Origin: Tubiluchus corallicola
Taxonomy: Eukaryota > Animalia > Priapulida
Length of the DNA stretch: 64,000 bases
Direction: 5' to 3'
NCBI GenBank assembly: GCA_030141605.1
Contig: JAQGDQ010000458.1
Location: forward strand, 62,001 to 126,000
Positions 57,461 to 64,000 of this stretch are shown here, piece by piece; the first letter of the stretch is position 1, and each line of letters begins with the position of its first letter. Position numbers and translations under genes: made by a program. Below the pieces are notes generated by a model, which was not told the DNA's origin, searched no databases, and was given only the letters and a program-made list of their open reading frames with translations.

Positions 57461-58024
57461 CTTCAGCAATAAATGTGATTATTCAGGACTGTTATTTGTT
57501 TCTGTACCTCTCAAGCAAAAAGTTACGTATCACCCTGATTTTTACAGTTCATATTGTTTTTTTTAGTCTGATGGCCTTAAGATATACACAAATGTGAGTT
57601 TTCGATGAAAGCATTCCTGTAGCAATCCCAGGGCATTTTAAATTTACAATTATTGTAAATTTACATTACTTGTTGCAAGTATTCCAAGGCGCAATAATTG
57701 CCTCACAATTCAGGTTCTTTAGAAAATGCATGCAAGGAGTTTTAGTTCCATGTGTTTATGCGCGAAAGTAAAAAGAAAAGGTAAGATTTGCTTGACATTT
57801 TTCAAGATGGGTTTGGAAGATCGTAGGCATCGGTCTTTAATCAGAGATGGTAAAATCTTCATTAATGTTTGGAGAATCCTTGTTGCTATGGCAACACGTG
57901 CCGTTAATACTTTGCTTTGGTGTACTGGACTAGTCGTATGTTGTCAACCGTTTACTAGGAATAAGAAGCAACTGACGGTACCTTTTTTAAATGAGGTACC
58001 TTCAAATTTATCGAAGCTTTTATT

Positions 58025-58642
58025 AAAGGAAAGGACAAGTCACTCAGCATGTTGGGTTTATTTTACTGTTATCACTTAAACTGTTTGTGGTGTGCTAAAG
58101 GAAAGGACAATTCAGTTAGCATGTTGGGTTTATTTTACTATTATCACTTAAACTGTTTGTGGTGTGCTAAAGGAAAGAACAAGTCACTCAGCATGTTGGG
58201 TTTATTTTACTGTTATCACTTAAACTGTTTGTGGTGTGCTAAAGGAAAGAACAAGTCACTCAGCATGTTGGGTTTATTTTACTGTTATCACTTAAACTGT
58301 TTGTGGTGTGCTAAAGGAAAGAACAAGTCACTTAGCATGTTGGGTTTACGTTACTGTTATCACTTAAACTGTTTGTGGTGTGCTAAAGGAAAGAACAAGT
58401 CACTTAGCATGTTGGGTTTATTTTACTATTATCACTTAAACTGTTTGTGGTGTGCTAAAGGAAAGGACAAGTCACTTAGCATGTTGGGTTTATTTTACTG
58501 TTATCACTTAAACTGTTTGTGGTGTGCTAAAGGAAAGAACAAGTCACTTAGCATGCTGGGTTTATTTTACTATTATCACTTAAACTGTTTGTGGTGTGCT
58601 AAAGGAAAGAACAAGTCACTTTGCATGTTGGGTTTATTTTAC
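58025..58642. repeat. 72-bp minisatellite, ~8.5 copies
   Basis: Unit TAAAGGAAAGAACAAGTCACTYAGCATGTTGGGTTTATTTTACTRTTATCACTTAAACTGTTTGTGGTGTGC. Confidence 0.97.
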
Positions 58643-60215
58643 CTTAGAAACTTAGAAAAAATAAGAAAGAAATTTGCAAAAAAACTGTCTATAAAGAATA
58701 AAGTTAATTTATAACACTGCAGTACAGAAATTTTCAGATGCAGTGGTAGTCGCCATTCACTTGAAAATTATGACGTAACTGCTGGACTTTGTGTGTGACT
58801 TTTCGTTAACGCATCGTAGTTTTTAACGCACCGTAAGCGCAGACTGTTTAAGCTAATTTAAACTTCTACAGCTTACCTAATGTTCGTGGCAAAAATATCA
58901 CAAAATTTTTTGTAAAAATGTATTATACTTTTTTTTTCTTCCACCAGTCAATGCTGTCATTGGTGAAAGGATGGCCGTTTAAAATGGAGGCACCCAAACG
59001 TGAAATGATCGCGACTTTAAAGTGATTTTACTAATCACACGAGACTCTTATCGCACTTTTACAGTAAATTCTTCTAGTATTTTGCGCGAAATTGAACCCT
59101 AACTTCCCAGAAGGCTTGACTTTTCCTTTAAATAAGATCTTAGTTCACATTACTATCAGGTGATGAAGTTTTCTCCACGTTGCATTTAGAGTGTAAATAA
59201 TGCGCACACATCCCACATGAGTTTGCTCTAGCTGTCTGCACAATGGGTGCTGAATAGTGCTTTAGCTAAGCTATGAATCTACTTTTTATACTTACGTTAG
59301 CAAAACTATGAATTCAGAGCTTAAGTACAGAATTATACATAAGTTAATAGTGCCAAACGCGTAATTCTAACTTGTTTCGAAATTTTTTAGGTTTGCGAAA
59401 GTCTGTCTGTCCATTTGTCTGTCTACAGTTGCTTTTTTCTTGATTGAGTTTTACTTGCTTTAGTCTAATTTTAATAGCAGTGGTTTGCAGTTTTAATTTT
59501 TGCCAGTTAATTTACGTACATTTGTGATAAGATATCAGGTCTTAATTTAATTATCTTTTTAACCCTATTTTGTGCTAATTTTTATGGTTTCAATTTTATG
59601 TATCGTGATGAAAAATTTGCCAGTGCTAAAAATTTGCTAGTTAAATAATTCTTGAGTACTAAACTGTTAGTTAACGTGTTTTATAGCGAATATGCAAAAT
59701 TGTGTTGTATATAACGGACAATTTAACTGCAGTACGGTATTATTTATTGATACGATTTCATACGAAAATTTAGTCGTACGTAAAAATGTTTACGTTGACA
59801 ATTTCCCTGCATTCCGGCTTCTTAGTGACAGGATTGAAGTCAACTTTGTGCAAATGTGCAGTAGGTTTTTCTTGTAATGAAAAGTTTTTGCAAATGTGCA
59901 GTAGGTTTTTCTTGTAATGAAAAGTTCGTGTCCTAATAATTAGGATAAGTAGCATAGTGACGAATTACTCCTGCTGCCAACTGTTAACTTATTATTGTAT
60001 AAACTGTTTATCTGACAATATTGGTGATATATTTAAAACAATATTATGTACAGTCGTTTGCGTTGGTTGACAATTTTTTTATTAGACAATAAACAGCGGA
60101 AATGCATAATTGATTAAATGTGTTGCTATTGTCTTTCATTAGTGAAAGTGCTCGACTGCTACCTTCTCTCGCAAAACCACCGCGTCTCTCTCAATTCTTG
60201 CAGGAGAGTCTAGCC

Positions 60216-60676
60216 CAGGGATGAGAATTTTCCGTCAGTAGTGCCATTTTTGTAAATCGCGTAAATTCGTTGAGAAAATTTTTACGGACCCAGTACATTA
60301 TTTCACAAGCTGACCGCTAGTTGGCAGGCCGTCACTTTGTTTACGTCACGTACATCAGTGTAACCACGTGTATATCTCTATATATAAAAATATAGAATCA
60401 ATTGTGCGGAGTTGTTTGAGTCAATTGCAGACAGTTTTTATATACTTTTGCATAGCAGCGGCCAGTAGTTACGCTTTTTTGATGCAATTAGGTATCATGT
60501 ATCCTTGATAGTTGGGTATTTTAAATTATGCATGAAACAAGGTAACTGATATGGTCACTATGGTCACAAAATTGCAATTTGTTGCTGGCTCCCCTTGAAC
60601 TCCATTGGGGGCCTAGGTGGCCCCAAAACCCCCGGCCTGTTTCAGAGTTTGTTACAATTTGTCATTCTCATCCCTG
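60216..60676. mobile_element. hAT-like MITE
   Basis: TIRs CAGGGATGAGAAT / ATTCTCATCCCTG; internal parts match about 25795-25950 (direct) and 20628-20826 (inverted). Confidence 0.75.
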
Positions 60677-61253
60677 GCGTAGTGTCGTAAACACGCGCGT
60701 GGGGGTGTTCAAGTCACCTGTGTTTAGTTTGGTCACGTCGGTTCATTTAGCGCCATGTCCTGAAAAACAAATACAAATAGCTGTTATTTATTCAAAATTA
60801 AATGTTCTTTTTCTCTTTGTTTTGCCAGCCTTCATCCATTCTTTCCACATAAGGATTATTTCATTGTCCCGTACATAGATCAGCTCTGGTTCCAAGGGAT
60901 TAGTCGTGGACAAAGTTTTTAAAAAAGTTCTAGAAAAGACGTCACTTCTATTCAAATGTCTTTGTTAATTCTCCAAGGGAAATGAGGGAAAATTCCTTGC
61001 AGGGAATTCTGTTTGACTTCTTATATTCTGTGAATTTTCTTTGCCAAGTATCAGAGAACGCGATCAGTAATGTACTCTGGTAAAATGCAGAAGGTTACCA
61101 TGCATTATGAGATACGTACCGTTTTAGCCATGTCGGCCATGACAGACAGATTCTGAGCAGCAAGCTGTTGGCACTGCACGTCTATGTCGTGTTCCACTAC
61201 GTCTGAAAATGTTCTTAAATGAAGCTTAAAAAATCCGTTTTGAAATTTTGTAT

Positions 61254-61748
61254 CACTTACATGCTGTCTTACCGCACACGGGACTTGAGTTCACTTACAT
61301 GCTGTCTTAGCACACATGGGACTTGAGTTCACTTACATGCACATGGGACCCGTGTGCGATAAGACAGCATGTAAGTGAACTCGAGTCCCATGTGCGGTAA
61401 GACAGCATGTAAGTGAACTCGAGTCCCATGTGCAGTAAGACAGCATGTAAGTGAACTCGAGTCCCATGTGCGGTAAGACAGCATGTAAGTGAACTCGAGT
61501 CCCATGTGCGGTAAGACAGCATGTAAATGAACTCAAGTCCCGTGTGCGGTTAGACAGCATGTAAGTGAACTCGAGTCCCATGTGCGGTAAGACAGCATGT
61601 AAGTGAACTCGAGTCCTATGTGCGGTAAGACAGCATGTAAGTGAACTCGAGTCCCATGTGCGGTAAGACAGCATGTAAGTGCACTCAAGTTCCATGTGCG
61701 GTAAGACAGCATGTAAGTGAACTCAAGTCCTATGTGCAGTAAGACAGC
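61254..61748. repeat. 39-bp minisatellite with an orientation switch at ~61340-61350
   Basis: CACTTACATGCTGTCTTACCGCACAYGGGACTTGAGTT about 2 times, then its reverse complement about 10 times. Confidence 0.92.
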
Positions 61749-61779
61749 GTGCATGTAAGCACATTACAGCACATGGAAG

Positions 61780-62350
61780 TTTGATACCAAGCTCATTGCT
61801 CTATGCTATTTCTAAGCTGAGATAATCTACATTGAAGTTGAGGTGCAGGCTATGCACTGAAAAACATAATCTTGAGAAAATCACTGATAAAGTCAGCCAC
61901 TGTTTTTTGTCGCGTTTCTAAAAAAAACTTAGCAACCGTACGAATGTGTGGTTGCTGTAAACTTTGCAAGAACACATTGAAGTTATGTTTAAATCTAGTA
62001 GATGGCCCTTTCTGACAAAGATCTGGTCTTGTCAACAGAAAAAAACCAAAAGCAAAATGACTGCTTCCATGAGCTACTATTGGACTTTGAAAATACAAGT
62101 TTTTTACAATTGCAGTACTAGTTTCAAGACAGAAGAGTGGATATGGGATTATAAAATTAGATTGGTAGTATTTTTTTGAACTTTTTCTTGATAATTTGAT
62201 GCTGGAATATAAAAGTCCAATATATTTACCGTTTATTTTTATAAAAAAACAAAAAATTCCCATTTGACCAAATTTTTGCTGCTCTCTACTTTGAAGCATC
62301 ATAACTTAGTTTTGACTAAGCCGACTTAGGGACGGTTTCGGTTTGCAAGC
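61780..62350. mobile_element. Dispersed repeat, same family as 3878-4430
   Basis: Co-linear similarity to the RPS9-intron copy. Confidence 0.75.
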
Positions 62351-62734
62351 AACACAATTACAAAACACAAGTTGAGAAAATGAGTTGAAATGTGGCTCCA
62401 TTTTTTCTGTTTTTTCTGCTGGGCATGGAAAAATGCTTGCAAGTTCAATCTGTGAATGGCTACACCCTTCCCTTTCTTACTCCAATCAAAACCGCGCAGA
62501 AGTCTTACCTATTAGCCACTCGCGACACTCCAACATTTCGCTGCTTAAATCAGACATCAACACGTGAGCCGGTACGGTCAACGTTACCATGGAAATGGCA
62601 AATAACAAAGCCTGTCGCACGTATCTGAAAAAAGCCAATTTTAAGAATACGGTCTATTGCTGATCTATATGCAAAGACTTTAAATTATTAAGAATTCCCT
62701 TTTCTAGTTACATAGGTCTTTCAAACAGGTAAAA

Positions 62735-63078
62735 GTAATAAGTAATAATGCTTAGTAATAATGCTAAGTAATAATGCTAAGTAATAATGCTAAGTAATAA
62801 TGCTTAGTAATAATGCTTAGTAATAATGCTAAGTAATAATGCTTAGTAATAATGCTTAGTAATAATGCTTAGTAATAATGCTTAGTAATAATGCTAAGTA
62901 ATAATGCTTAGTAATAATGCTTAGTAATAATGCTTAGTAATAATGCTTAGTAATAATGCTTAGTAATAATGCTTAGTAATAATGCTAAGTAATAATGCTT
63001 AGTAATAATGCTTAGTAATAATGCTTATGCTTAGTAATAATGCTTAGTAATAATGCTTAGTAATAATGCTAAGTAATA
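62735..63078. repeat. 13-bp minisatellite (TAATAATGCTWAG), ~25 copies
   Basis: Directly visible. Confidence 0.97.
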
Positions 63079-63079
63079 T

Positions 63080-63528
63080 ATATATGTTTACTGACTGATT
63101 AAGAGATAGTCGAACATGATATTTTGGTTCAGTCCATAGTTCACTACAAAAAAGGACTTTTGATCACATAACATGATCATTACTGTCCCAAAAACAGCTA
63201 AAGAATTATTTACAAATTCATGATAAACACTTTTGATCACATAACATGATCATTACTGTCCAAACATCGCTAAAGAGTTATTTACAAATTCACAATATGA
63301 CTTTGGGTTTCCATCGAAAAATCCAAGCAGATCGTTGAAGTTCAGTTCAGTGTTATCTTCACGAAGGTGATTCGTAAGTGGACAAAAACAGATAACATGC
63401 TCTTCTGTTTGGATGTTTAAGCCAGAACAGGAGCATAGCCTGTCCTCTCTTTTTATCCTTGCCCATCTTCCAGTCTCAATAGCTAGGTTATGTGCGGAGA
63501 GGCGTAACCGAGATGTTTTAATCCTATG
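63080..63528 (-). mobile_element. 5'-truncated LINE ORF2 C-terminus (RTEX/CR1-group-like)
   Basis: SRLRLSAHNLAIETGRWARIKREDRLCSC...QTEEHVICFCP zinc-knuckle motif; local duplication of TTTTGATCACATAACATGATCATTACTGTCC near the stop codon. Confidence 0.85.
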
Positions 63529-63828
63529 AACTTTGCATGGAAAGTTTTTCATACATTCCCTGTTCGCCCTCTATCTTTTATAGACGAGTAACTTGCTATC
63601 TAAATACTGAATAAATACATTGTAAATACAGTGCACTTGGATCTTACTTACGGCTGTGTGTGGTATCTTACAGCCCACACAAACTGCAGCAAAGTCACCG
63701 CCATTTGCTTTGCAATCTGCAAAAAAAATTACAGTTTCTTGTGATCACTTGCCGTTAGTAATCAAAATTAATACTAACAAAGTTACTTAGAGGCGCGAGG
63801 GAAGAGCTGAGTGGTGTGTGCTTAGCAA

Positions 63829-63891
63829 CCAAAGCTAAGCAACACTGAGGTTGGTCAGTGAATGAGTGGTCATTTGGGAAGACCAATACTT
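63829..63891 (+). pseudogene. Highly degenerate 5S rRNA-derived fragment (old SINE head or pseudogene)
   Basis: CCAAAGCTAAGCAACACTGAGGTTGGTCAGT...TGAGTGGTCATTTGGGAAGACCA aligns with the box A to box C half of 5S rRNA. Confidence 0.5.
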
Positions 63892-64000
63892 GCTTTGGAC
63901 CGTTTCGTTCTCCATACTAAATCTGATTATTTACTTCGTTGAGGGAGATGTATTGACATTTGAACATATCCAAGACACCTTTACTGGTTCAGCGGCTCAC

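Noticed and set aside
58049-58714. 221-aa Cys-rich repetitive ORF (also 48993-49706, 55808-56207 and 61307-61754)
   Set aside because: Unit lengths of 72, 21, 60 (3x20) or 39 bp keep frames open by chance; no splice or domain evidence.

Overview
AT-rich, intron-rich animal (invertebrate-type) genomic DNA; most ORFs in the supplied track are repeat or antisense artefacts. I rebuilt four spliced genes by hand. RPS9/uS4 is on + (CDS 1637-7216, TCT/5'TOP start at about 135). ZNF207/BuGZ is on - (CDS 33845-19749, 9 coding exons, with a U12-type first coding intron). SLC25A19, the mitochondrial thiamine-pyrophosphate carrier, is on + (CDS 38824-55039). A secreted PAN/apple-like + C-type lectin gene is nested on the same strand in SLC25A19 intron 1 (41773-44116). 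Introns and intergenic DNA hold many MITEs (hAT-, Tc1/pogo-, piggyBac- and Harbinger-like), LINE fragments, a 5S-rRNA-headed RTE-tailed SINE and minisatellites. The strongest unexplained signal is three copies of a compact four-way-junction RNA-like motif (11846-11918, 11936-11994, 14166-14232). Their junction bases are nearly invariant while the stems vary in length and sequence but stay paired, and they become a tandem triplet once a nested transposon stack is removed. They lie downstream of ZNF207, near a candidate non-coding exon and a G.U-rich minus-strand hairpin. RPS9's last intron also carries a candidate poison acceptor followed by three tandem hairpins. All structures and homologies were judged by eye; nothing was computed or searched.
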